A DNA stretch of 64,000 nt, taken from NCBI GenBank assembly GCA_002269645.1, contig NIVC01002471.1, positions 1-64,000 of the forward strand, in the 5' to 3' direction. This document shows positions 12,501-23,496 of the stretch, in pieces. The notes under the pieces are model-generated. The model made no database searches. It worked only from the letters and a program-made list of their open reading frames with translations, and was not told the origin of the DNA. Source of the DNA: Macrostomum lignano. Taxonomy: Eukaryota. Position 1 is the stretch's first letter. Each line of letters starts with the position of its first letter. A program made the translations under genes and the position numbers.

Positions 12501-13182
12501 CCCGATCAAAGTCCCATCGGCACAATGAATTCCAACTCTAAGACTCTTCGATCATTAAAGTTAATCAATTATAGCACAGTCTACAATAAAATGAGCTACG
12601 AAATGAGAGAAACTACAAAGATGCGTAATTACACACGATGACAAATTGTAGTGGTTAAATTGTGTGTGCATGTGTGTATTTGTTTATTGTTTTGTTTTTC
12701 TTGTTGCAGACTATCAAGACCATATTATTGATTATTTCGGGACCGGTGTGGGCAATAGTTCCACATGAACTACAAGGCATAACTTGCCTATCAACTAAGC
12801 AGATAACGTAAATTAGAATTGGCCAAATGAGAACAGAAAGTAAGAAAAAATGTTCTATTTGATAATAATATTACGAGTAGAATGACAATAACAAACTGAC
12901 AGCAAAGAGCATTATAACACGATTTTATAACAAAACAACTTAAAGTAAGCATAGGACATTAACAACGATAGCTACAGAAAACTATCCCTAAAAATGTCTA
13001 CTTTGGACTCCATAGCAAATGGAGTTCTAAATTGAAAACGAATATTGAAACAGACCTTTGTTCTTATCTGACCTAATACAATTCCACCGTCTTCCACCCA
13101 AAGAGACAACATAAAGTTAAACTACGGCACAGGTAAAGACAAAGCCGAGAAGCTTTGTGGTTCTCCCATTCATAGTATAGGG

Positions 13183-13506
13183 CAAGGGTCCGACAAACTT
13201 TTTTACCTCAGGGCCAGATGGAGAACCCAGCGCAAGACTGCGGGCCAGAGGAGGGGAGAGGAGATGAAATAGAGATAGGAGAAAGGAGAGGCGAGAGAAT
13301 AAGGGAGAAGAGGAGGAGAGGAGAGAAGAGAGGAAAGGAGAGATGAGAGGAGAGGGGAGAGAAGATTAGAGAGAAGGGAGCTGAGAAGACAAGAGGCAAA
13401 ATGAAACCTTGAGCGGGCTGGATTGCAATTGTGAAATTTAAAAGGGCCCGATAGAGAGGCTTTGCGGGAAGCATGTGGCCCTCGGGCCGGAGTTTGCCGA
13501 CCCCTG
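13183..13506. mobile_element. hAT (Charlie-like) non-autonomous element with GA-rich core
   Basis: Left CAAGGGTCCGACAAAC, right GTTTGCCGACCCCTG (reverse complement CAGGGGTCGGCAAAC). 8-bp TSD GTATAGGG (13175-13182) / GCATAGGG (13507-13514), 7/8 match. Confidence 0.8.
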
Positions 13507-13514
13507 GCATAGGG

Positions 13515-13684
13515 GAGCACGGTGTTACGGTAGCGGTTCTCCCATAGGATAGGACACAAGATGTGAGCACGGTGTTACGGTAGCGGTTCTCCCATAGGAT
13601 AGGACACAAGATGTGAGCACGGTGTTACGGTAGCGGTTCTCCCATAGGATAGGACACAAGATGTGAGCACGGTGGTACGGTAGC
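13515..13684. repeat. 50-bp tandem repeat, 3 full copies plus a partial one
   Basis: GAGCACGGTGTTACGGTAGCGGTTCTCCCATAGGATAGGACACAAGATGT at 13515, 13565, 13615; partial at 13665. Confidence 0.92.
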
Positions 13685-14379
13685 TGTTTTTGCAACTCAA
13701 GTTACCAGGTAACTTAATAATCGATGGGATCAATGTGCGCAGTTTTAATTTATCGTAAAAATACATGCATTGTATATACGGAGGATATAGAAAAAGAACG
13801 ATAGGTTTTGAAGGAGCGCAAGATAACAACATGAAGAACGAAAAGAATTGTAACATAAAAGGCATATTACCGGTTTTCAGATTAATTCCAAGGACCCTGC
13901 ACTGCTCAATCTGTTTGAAAAGGTGTTTTCGGAGAGTTGGGTTACGTTTTGGTAGCGTATTTTGTTGTTGCTAAATTAGAAATTAGTATTCTTTCAATTA
14001 TAAATCTTTTTAGGACAAATGATATTAAACAAAAAACGTGGAACACCCGTGGAGAAGGGGAACGTAACTGCTGTTGTTTCTGTGCTTATAGCGTAGCTCA
14101 TGAAATTAGTCTTGAAAATCGGTAACAGTCACTTAATAGATTAAATAAATATTTAATTTTAGGTAGTAGTAGTTATTGTTGTTTTTAAATTTGACGATTG
14201 ATCCGTTTGGAAAATTATTGAACACTTAATGACTTCACAAAATGGTGTTTTAAAACAGTAAAAAAGGAAAACCGAGATACTCACTGAAAAGTACTGCACT
14301 TGCGTTTGTAGTCATTTGCCATCACTGACGACTTCCACTTCGATGCTCAAATCACAACAGAACACCGGAAAATTGATAG

Positions 14380-16020
14380 CTAGAACTCATCGCATCTGCC
14401 ACCACGGCTGGTACCGCTCCCTTTGTTAAAACCCGCAGCGTCCTCCTTAAACGGGCTACGATCGCGCGAAGCAGGCCACTGGCCATCGGCAATGGGCTTG
14501 GCTGCAAAGCTTAGCCGAACAGCAAACGGATACTTTTGTCCCGGCGCTTGCACCTCGCAGTTGTTGGCTAGCACTAGCGCCTCTGTGGCGTCAATATCCC
14601 TAGCCCACTGCACCTGCCCAGCGATTGTCTTCTCGGCAGCCTTGGGATTAGAGAATCTGGCGATTTTTTCTGGAAGCTGACAGCCGCATCCAGCGAACAT
14701 CTGGCGCAAGTCCTCGTCGCTACAGTGCGGTGGGCAGTTCCAAAATTGAAGCGTGCGAAAAGGCGGATAAATCTTGTTTTTAGCAGCCAAGCCCGGTGTT
14801 GTGAATCGATTATTGCGACTGGCTGAGAAATCAATAAACGATGGGCTGCCGTCGGGCAAATTGCGCGGCCGGGAAGTCTCGACCAGACAAGTCTGCTTGG
14901 ACTGGCTGAGCTGCAGCTTTTGACCGAACATGCGGGCAAAGTTTAAGTTCTGAATAGCGCGTTCAGCCGCTTGTGGATCACCCATCTGGACCATGGCAGA
15001 GCCTTCCTTGCTGCGCAGAAACTTGATGCTCACTACATTTCCGTACAGACAAAGCAGATTGAACAGGCGCTGACAATTAAAAACTTCACCGTTAAGGCCA
15101 TACACCATTAGAACTGATCCAGCAATACCGGGAGCGTCGGCGGCGTGGCCCAGAAACTGCGAGTTTGCGTGCGGATGATGAAACGAGTCCAGTACAGAAA
15201 ATTGCTGCAACCCTCCGTAGCCGATATGAGCCGGCTGATGCTGCATCGGGGCTTGCATTGGTGGCTGCTGAGGTTGCACGTGGCTTTGGTCTCTGTAAAC
15301 CTTTGGCTCCTTGAGCAACGATGGCTGCCTACCTTCTGGTTGACCTAACAGCGAAGCGTTACAAGACTGGGGGTTCTCATAGTCCCACGATTCCTGGTCG
15401 TTCCTAGTAACTGTGACAGATTGAGAAACGGAGTAGTCAACTTTGATGGTGCAACAGCCGGAGTAGATGTCGGCTCCGTTCAGATTTCGCTTAGCCCGAA
15501 TGGCGTCCTCAACGCGTGAGAATTCCACCAAGGCATGCAAATGGAATTTACGAAATATCGCGATCCGACTAACAGTGCCATGTGGAGAGCAGATCTGATG
15601 CAGCACGTCAACAGTGATAGGATAATCCTGTTTGTAGACGGTAAACAATAGCACCTTGTTCTCCACAGTAGTTGACATACCTTCATTACGATGCACAATG
15701 TGCTGTGAAGTCGAATAATTGACCTTAATTCGTCGACCAGATATGGTTAGGGATTCCGATTTCGCATTCTCTACAATCATCTTGGCTGACTCTACATCTT
15801 TAAATTCTATTAAAGCTTGAGACAGGTGGGGCAGCATACATATTTCTTTGATTTCACCATACTTGGAAAATGTGCGCAGCAAATCAGCCTCAAGAGTGTG
15901 CTCAGGTAGCTCACTAGCATGAACAAGAGCGCTTGGTTCCAGTGGCTCTGACACACGACCACTGCTTCGAAAGTCATCACCACTACTGCCACGGCTTCCT
16001 ATGCCTCTACCAAATGACAT
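14380..16020 (-). CDS. HNRNPL: hnRNP L-like RNA-binding protein (4 RRMs), single exon, 546 aa
   Basis: Uninterrupted ORF with hnRNP L/smooth-type motifs: QALIEF, VNYSTSQ, NKVLLFTV...YPITVDVLHQIC, AKRNLNGADIYSGCCTIKVDY, GSVLMVYGL...FNCQRLFNLLCLYGNV..IKFL, AMVQMGD, LQFWNCP. Confidence 0.93.
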   Translation of the reverse strand: MSFGRGIGSRGSSGDDFRSSGRVSEPLEPSALVHASELPEHTLEADLLRTFSKYGEIKEICMLPHLSQALIEFKDVESAKMIVENAKSESLTISGRRIKVNYSTSQHIVHRNEGMSTTVENKVLLFTVYKQDYPITVDVLHQICSPHGTVSRIAIFRKFHLHALVEFSRVEDAIRAKRNLNGADIYSGCCTIKVDYSVSQSVTVTRNDQESWDYENPQSCNASLLGQPEGRQPSLLKEPKVYRDQSHVQPQQPPMQAPMQHQPAHIGYGGLQQFSVLDSFHHPHANSQFLGHAADAPGIAGSVLMVYGLNGEVFNCQRLFNLLCLYGNVVSIKFLRSKEGSAMVQMGDPQAAERAIQNLNFARMFGQKLQLSQSKQTCLVETSRPRNLPDGSPSFIDFSASRNNRFTTPGLAAKNKIYPPFRTLQFWNCPPHCSDEDLRQMFAGCGCQLPEKIARFSNPKAAEKTIAGQVQWARDIDATEALVLANNCEVQAPGQKYPFAVRLSFAAKPIADGQWPASRDRSPFKEDAAGFNKGSGTSRGGRCDEF

Positions 16021-17237
16021 ATTGCAATTTCTGATTATATTTAGCTTTAAAAATGATGACTTCTTTAACTAGTTCAGAAATAAGTGGATGCAGGTTTATA
16101 GCAAATATTTTAGAATATAGAACAGAAACTTGCTTTCAGTTACTAACTTTTAGTGGTCTCTAATGAGATTGATGCAGCTAAATTATACAATTTAAGTCCT
16201 TGGCAATAAAATATGCTCAAAAATTTACTTAGCAATTCTTTACTACACTGATTGTATACTAGTGAATAAGTTTGTTTTATATTATAATCCTTAATAAAAT
16301 CTTAAACAATTTAGTGTATCTTGTTTTTTCTATCATAACCTAAATTTTTCTATATCTATACAAACATACAAAGCCAAATCTAATTTTTCCCATAACTTTC
16401 TCTTTTAATGATATTAAATCTAATTCCAACCATTCCTCTATACAACACAATGTATATAAAATAGTGAGAAAATAAATAACAGAAATTATTTAACCTATTG
16501 TTATAGTATGTCACAGGGGAAACTTCTCTATTAAAATCTCAACTGCTGACACCAAAGTTGTTGTAGGGCTTAGTTCTGTTCTCTAAATTATCCCACTAAA
16601 TGCCAACAGTTGTAACAGCTTGCTTTTCCTCTGCCTATATAAATATCCTATAAGCTGCCACTAAGTTATACTAGTGCTAATTCTAAGTCCTGTTAGTCCT
16701 GTTAGTCCTAACCTTCTTATTCCTATTTCTGGTAACATTCTTAGTAGTGTTCTTAGTAGCATTCACAGATACTATATAACTAGATAGGTCACTCGGTTAA
16801 TTTACTCTCACACTACTCTTAGGACCAGCCATCAGTAGTGAAAAAAAGGCAAAATAAAAAATCAATTTTGCAAACGTGTGCTCTGGTGAAGCGGCTCTGC
16901 ATGGTAAAGCATGTTTAGAAGAGATTCATTTTCTGCATGCGTGCATGGTAAAGCAGTATTCAAGTTGTCGAGTTCGTGTCATAGACAAAACATATTAATA
17001 GCACTGCGCCGCGGCGATGCCTAGCAGTTTTTCCTAAAAATATATATAGATATGGCTCTCTCTTCTGCTTGGTCAAGCAATAGGGTCTTTTAGCCATAGA
17101 CAACAAAATTAACAGCGGTGCCCAGTCATATATATAGTAGGAGAAAGGAAACCAAGACAACGCTTTAGTCGCTGCTGTTGCTGTTTCAGTTCTTTCAGTG
17201 CACTTTCCTATTAAAAAATTAAATATTTGGTGCGACA

Positions 17238-17910
17238 TGGACAATTACGATGCCGAAGATACCGAAGATGTCGATGCCTTGATCAAGGCGTGTGAGGAAG
17301 CCGAGCGGCAGGCAGCTCTGGAGGAGCAGCTAAGCTGTGAGGTTGCAGCGAGCATGCTGCGGCTGCCGTCAATCTTTTCGAAGACAACGAGACTGACGCT
17401 GACGATCTGATTGCCGCTGCCGAAGCAGCCAAAGCTGCCGAAGCTGAAGCTGCCAAAACTGCTGCTGCCGAAGCTGCTGCTGAATTGCCCGAGCGGCAGA
17501 AGCAGCACCACCAAAAGCAGCAGCAGCAGAAGAGAGCATCTTTGCTAGTGACCGACTCGCAGCGACCCGGCTCTATTGGCCCGGCGGCGGCCGACGACGA
17601 CAATGATGTTAAGATCACTGCGAGCGTGGTCCCGGACAGTGACGAAGAGACACCGGGCCAGCCGATTAGCAGCAGCAGAATTAAACGAGAACTATTCGGC
17701 GACGACGACGACGACTTCCAACCCCGATTGTCGTCACCGCGGACACCGCCGGTGGCCAAACGCGCCCGCGAGCAGCAGCTGACACTGCCATCGTCGCCGC
17801 TCAATGTTGTCAGATCACAAAAGCCGGCCCTGGAGCGTCAACCGCGGATCTGGACGCCCTCGACTAAGAATTCGGCGACGAATTGGACGCCACCGATGAT
17901 GTCGTCGCCT
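17238..17910 (+). pseudogene. GC-rich coding-like island encoding a frameshifted acidic/Ala/Gln low-complexity protein of unknown family
   Basis: ATG 17238 MDNYDAEDTEDVDALIKACEEAERQAALEEQ; after a shift near 17345, EHAAAAVNLFEDNETDADDLIAAAEAAK...KQQQQKRAS...IKRELFGDDDDDFQP...SPRTPPVAKRARE. Codon-like GC island in AT-rich DNA. Confidence 0.45.
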
Positions 17911-19600
17911 GCTAGGTCGTCTTTCTTCTTGTTTCTGCTACCTTGCCAGTTTGCAGTTTCGTCTCTTTTGACGTTTTTTTCTTGTTTTTTTGACAATAAC
18001 ATCAGCAATTTTAGATTATTTTTTTAGTATATAGGACTGTACTGTTGACAAGTATTTTGAGGTGTTTCAAGTCCAAATTGTTCAACTTAAATGAATGTCT
18101 TAAATGAAAGGGCATATGTTACTGCCTATTCTGCGCAAAAATAAGCATCTTACGATCAATAGCGTACACAGGAGATACATTGAAAAATCGGCCATCAATG
18201 AAATTTTCACCAATTCTGAGTCTTGCGTCCTTCTACTTAAGTAGTCCTTGAGTCAAGAATGTACACTCTAGAAGATTGTGCATATGGTTGAAAACTTCAT
18301 TTCCGATCGATTTCATTTTAGTCACTCATAAGAATTTTTCTAATAATTTGCATTTACGCTACCGTCCTAAGAGTAGTATCATTTTTGGTCCCCACAGCGA
18401 GATAGGGAGTGGCCTATCTAGTTATATAGTATCTGTTGGTAGCATTCTGGTAGCATTCTTAGTAGCTTTTTTGGTAGCATTCTGGTAGCATTCTTGTAAT
18501 CTCAGCCTGAGCAATCTCATTGGTACATATACTTTCTCTCCAGTCTAGGCATTACTGAGATTAGAGGGTCATAGCACTTACTCTTAGTACTCCCTTTGCA
18601 TGAGTTCCCAACTCCCAAATTTCTGACAACCTTTGCAATACTGTTGGAACTCTGAGAAATAAGCAATGATCTGAGAATCAAACACATTTTGAGCTTATAG
18701 CTAATGAACAAGTAAAAACAAGTTGGTCTCCTCTCCTCAAACCTTGCTCCTATTTATACTATGCTAATCACATATATTTAAACAAACCTTGAATAAAATA
18801 TTTTGCAAATTAAAACAGTTCTTAAATTTATGCGAAATTATGTTTGTTTTAATAAGTTTCTAGGAAATAATAACTGCTTCTACAAGTATATTTTTATTGA
18901 AAAAATAGCAAGGACTACATTTATCTTAACTTTAGCCCCCACTACCCCAAATATACAACACAGGAATATGCATATGGTTATCAAAATCAATACTGCTTTA
19001 GTATCTAACTCTAGAGATTATTCTGTTTACAAAAGCCTTGAAACGGGCAAAATTCATTTATTTTTGTTGTTTTACCCTTTCTCTATTTTATCAAAGGCTG
19101 CAGTAGTCCTTTAAGTCCTTTAACACTCAATTTATAAGTGGGCAATAGTATTAGACACAAGAACTAGATAGAAGAACTATGTTCTAATTATGGGAAAAAC
19201 ATTTCTATAACTATATGTCTATATGTTCTATTTAAAAACTTTTATATTTTCAACTTCTTTTAGTCATAAAACTTAGCCAAAATTAATGTATTTTAATGAT
19301 AAAGATAGGATCAGATCATTGAAGTGTAGTATATATGTAACTATGTAGGTATTGTCTTATCTTAATTTTCATATATAAAAAAGTTAAATGAGTAACAAGT
19401 TTATAAACTATTTAATTTTTTTCCAGGAATTATTAGGGTTAATAATAAAGATTAGGATTAAAAAATGAATCATTAAATAGGTGAAAAAAAATTTGACAAG
19501 TGCAAAATGGCACCACAATTTTGTTAAAAAAATGCAGATCAATTTATACTTTTTTATGCGAATTAATAATAAAAAACTAATTTTAGCCTTTGAAGATGAT

Positions 19601-20359
19601 TTTATGGACTTTTAAATGAATTTTTCATTGTTTGAAATTTATATAAGTATTCTAAGTTGCCTATAGTGGGCATTCAAATTAAAAATTCAAACATAGAAAG
19701 CATTAAAAACTTTTTTTTATTTTTGACCCACTTCCCATTTAATGTATACTTGGTGAATAAAAAAGGTCTAAATGGTTAAGCTGCACAATTTGACTTATAA
19801 GCCTAAACTCAGGTTCAGCTTAGGTATCAAACTTAAACTTACTTTTTATTTCTTTAGTAAAGTAAATAAGGAAAATTCTATCAGTTTTAAATATTTTATA
19901 CTACATCTAGCTTAAATGCCTATCTAAATAATAAGATCAATGAAAACTTAAGCTAGAGCTATTTGCTATTTATTAAAGTCATAGTTTTATAGAAATAAGA
20001 AATCAAAGTTATATATTATGGACTTTTAAATTGAATTTTTTATTGTTTGAAATTTATATAAGTATTTTAAGTTGCCTATAGTGGGCATTCAAATTAAAAA
20101 TTCAAATATAGAAAGCATTAAAAACTTTTTTTCATTTTTGACCCACTTCCCAATTAATGCATACTTGGCGAATGAAAAAAGGTCTAAATGGTTAAGCTGC
20201 ACAATTTCATTTATAAGCCTAAACTCAGGTTCAGCTTAGGTATCAAACTTAAACTTATTTTTTATTTCTTTAGTAAAGTAAATGAGGAAAATTCTATCAG
20301 TTTTAAATATTTTATACTACATCTAGCTTAAATGCGTATCTAAATAATAAGATCAATGA
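19601..20359. repeat. Direct repeat of ~340 bp (19601-19942 and ~20015-20359), period ~414
   Basis: Both copies run from TTATGGACTTTTAAA through AAGCCTAAACTCAGGTTCAGCTTAGG to TCTAAATAATAAGATCAATGA, with scattered substitutions. Confidence 0.9.
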
Positions 20360-20905
20360 TTAATATTGTTTAATATTGTAAATAATTAAACAATTAGTCA
20401 AGTTATCCTTACTTAGTTTTATTAAAATGCAATAATAAAATAGGTTAATAAAATATATGTAAATATAAGAAAAGCTATTAAATTCTTTAAATCATTTTTA
20501 ACTATTAACTTTCAGGAAATAATTCTTAGATAAATCATGTCAATATCTTAAAAAATAAGTGTGGATCCAAAAACTATGAATGAAGGACATCCAGATTACT
20601 AAGACTTATCTATACCTATAAAAATGAAAACTTTGTCTATTTATCTATCTGTCTATATATAAATTATATTATTTGATATGGACTCCCAAACCACTTAACC
20701 AAATATACCAAATTTTGTACCCACCCTAAATTCACTAAAGAAAGTATCATAGGCTACCTCAAAATTTCCTAAATTTGAGTCTTGCTACCTAAAAGTGCAA
20801 AAAACTGCTAAAATGCACAATTTTTTCATTGAATCCTAGATAATGTTGCTCCAGTTTTACCAATCCTTTTTAAATTTGACACAATCAATCTTTAACTATT
20901 TTGAC

Positions 20906-21307
20906 TAGAGGTCAGATGAGCAGAAATTATTGGTAAGATGTGAAATTTTGTGAAATTTTCAAAGTTGGGCGTGATCGTGATTGTGAATTTATATTTGCAT
21001 ACACGTATTTTGAGCTTGTAAGTTACAAGTGTTGAAAATAACAAAACAAGAAAATAAATATTTATAAATTGATAATAGCTACTTGGTAATGCTGTCAAGT
21101 CAACAAATTAAAAATTTATTACTCTTTTACACATTTGTGTTCACATATTTTGGTAAACCAAGTAGAAAAGTTATACTTCTAATAAAAATGTAATAAAGTG
21201 GAAATTCACGACTATTGTGAACGGGTTTCAAGGTAATCACGATCGTGAAAAAAATGGCCGTGAATTCACAAAATTGTGATCACAATTGTAATTACGTCCG
21301 ACCCCTA
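20906..21307. mobile_element. Old hAT-type MITE
   Basis: Ends TAGAGGTCAGA / reverse complement TAGGGGTCGGA; perfect 8-bp TSD ATTTTGAC at 20898-20905 and 21308-21315; internal TTGTGA/TCACAA and CGTGAT motifs. Confidence 0.75.
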
Positions 21308-23496
21308 ATTTTGACACAATTGTGTAAAATTTAGTATCTCAAAATTAATCTTGAATGGCACTGTGTACATTTAAAGTTAGGCTGTTTTTTGTCAACAAGA
21401 TAGCTACACTAACCTTCAACTGCCTCTTTATTGATCTGGGCCCAAAGAGGGTTAATAGGTTAAAAAATAGACTATAGGCTCTATTGTTCTGCCATAAAGG
21501 GGGTCCATATGCCATAGCTGTAGCTGTATATAAAACTATAGCTTATTCCAATTCTCCATATTCCATAGCCATAGGGATCCCAATATTACCATATTCCCAT
21601 AGTTCCCATAGCCATAGCTATAGTTTTAACAAAAAGTCTAGGAAACAAAATATTTTGAATCAAAAAGATAACCTAGTGCTTAAACAACTACAAATAAGAT
21701 AGAAATAAAACAAACACTCAATTGCCTTTGAAAGATTATATTTCATTATTCTTACAAAGTAACAATATTTAATCACCACTGAAAGTACTAATGCTAAACT
21801 TTTTTACATTGTTAAAAGTTGAAATTTGCTAGTGTCTTATTATACTTTATTAAGTATAATCTATAAGTTTCTAAGTCTATAATACAGTTTACTAAACTAT
21901 CTTTGTTTTACTCTACCTGTTCCTAATATTTTTTAAATTAATAACTATGGCTATGGGAATCTATGGAATGTGACAACAACTACTTTCTATAGTCATAGTC
22001 ATAAGAGTAGCTATTGACTATAGGTATATCCATAGTTGCCATAGGCACCTATTTTACAATATTTGCTGTAAGATCCCATAGCCATAGCTACAGCTACAAT
22101 AACACACTGATGGGTTCCATAGTGGGAGTTTGGGCCATAGACAATTAGCTTGGGGGCAAAGGAAGGTACTTTTATTAAATTCAAAGAGATATAAAAAGGG
22201 GGGCTAAACATTGACTAACTTTTGGTTGCCATTGCTGAATTGTCTTCTTTCAGTAAATATTGCATAGGCCTAGTGTAATTTTTTAAGTTTGTTATTCTAT
22301 ATGGATAATGAATTCAAAATGAAAAAATAAAGAAATTTAGCATTGCCATTGGTATACATAGTGAAAACAGTTTTTTAGTCCTAGTGTAAAGGGCCCCTCC
22401 CAATTTTCTATAAAATAGTTACCAATTAGTTGAACTTGAATTTATGCTAAAACTAAGATGCAATTTTTGTTTTAATACTTCTTTTGTTTAATATACTTAG
22501 TATTGCTTAGTATTGCTTAGTATGTATACAAGTATACTTGTATACTTGTTTTAATATTTTAGCATGCATGTAAGTTTTTGGCCCCTATGCTATGTGCATT
22601 ATGGCATGCAATGAGACTTTGCATATAGCAATGCATACAAAAAATTTTGGTATGTAGCTGCATACAAAATAAATCTAGAAATAAAATATATATTTAGATT
22701 TGGCTGGACCATAGAAATTTGTTATTGGTAATATCTTAAGTTTTTATTATTTTGAGTGCATTATTGCTTTCAACCCCCTCCTTCCAATCAATGCTTTGCA
22801 TGTGGCACATAATGCAGATGAGGACTCGAGGCCCTTAGGTGTAAAGTGTGCATGAGATTTCTGAATAATCTTAGTGTGCAGCATGCAAAGTCAAAAAGTT
22901 TCGTGGCATACATGGAACATCTTTGGGACTATGAAACTAAAGGACCTACCTTGTGCACTTATCCCCTAAATCCACTATTGATTTAGGCCCCTAAGCCTAA
23001 CGGCCTAATATATACTAAAAAAACTTTTTGAAAAAATTAACAAATTATATTTTTATGACTCTAAAAATTCTATTAATTAAAAACCAATCACGAAAGACTA
23101 GAGTATATTTCTCATCTCTATTAATAGGCCTACACTTTAGTCCTTCCTTAGCAAATAGGCCCCTATTCTATAAATGAATGTAATCCATAGGCCATGGCAT
23201 ATGCCTATATAAAAATATATCCATCTAAAATTTATGCATATAGTTATAAATAACAAGTAGCCATACAAACAAAACGATCTTGATTTTATAGTTTTTTTTC
23301 ATAGCCAGCCAGTAAGCCAGCTAGGCAGATTCAGATAGGCCTAGGCCTAGACAAATGTTGAAGCACTCATGCTACGCCCACACTGCACTTACAGACTTCT
23401 AAAGGCCTATAGCCCAACCTCATACGCTCATACTAGTTCCCAGTGAGCTCCGCGAAACCCACAAACCCAAGGACATGCGCGAAGCGTAAAGCTTGT

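Noticed and set aside
9180-12800. Possible plus-strand spliced transcript divergent from VPS33B (donors at ~9329 and ~11399, acceptor ~12710)
   Set aside because: Splice-like signals only; no consistent ORF or homology could be assembled.
11476-14380. CA-rich array downstream of hnRNP L as an autoregulatory CA element
   Set aside because: On the hnRNP L sense strand the array is UG-rich, and it lies ~1.9 kb past the stop.
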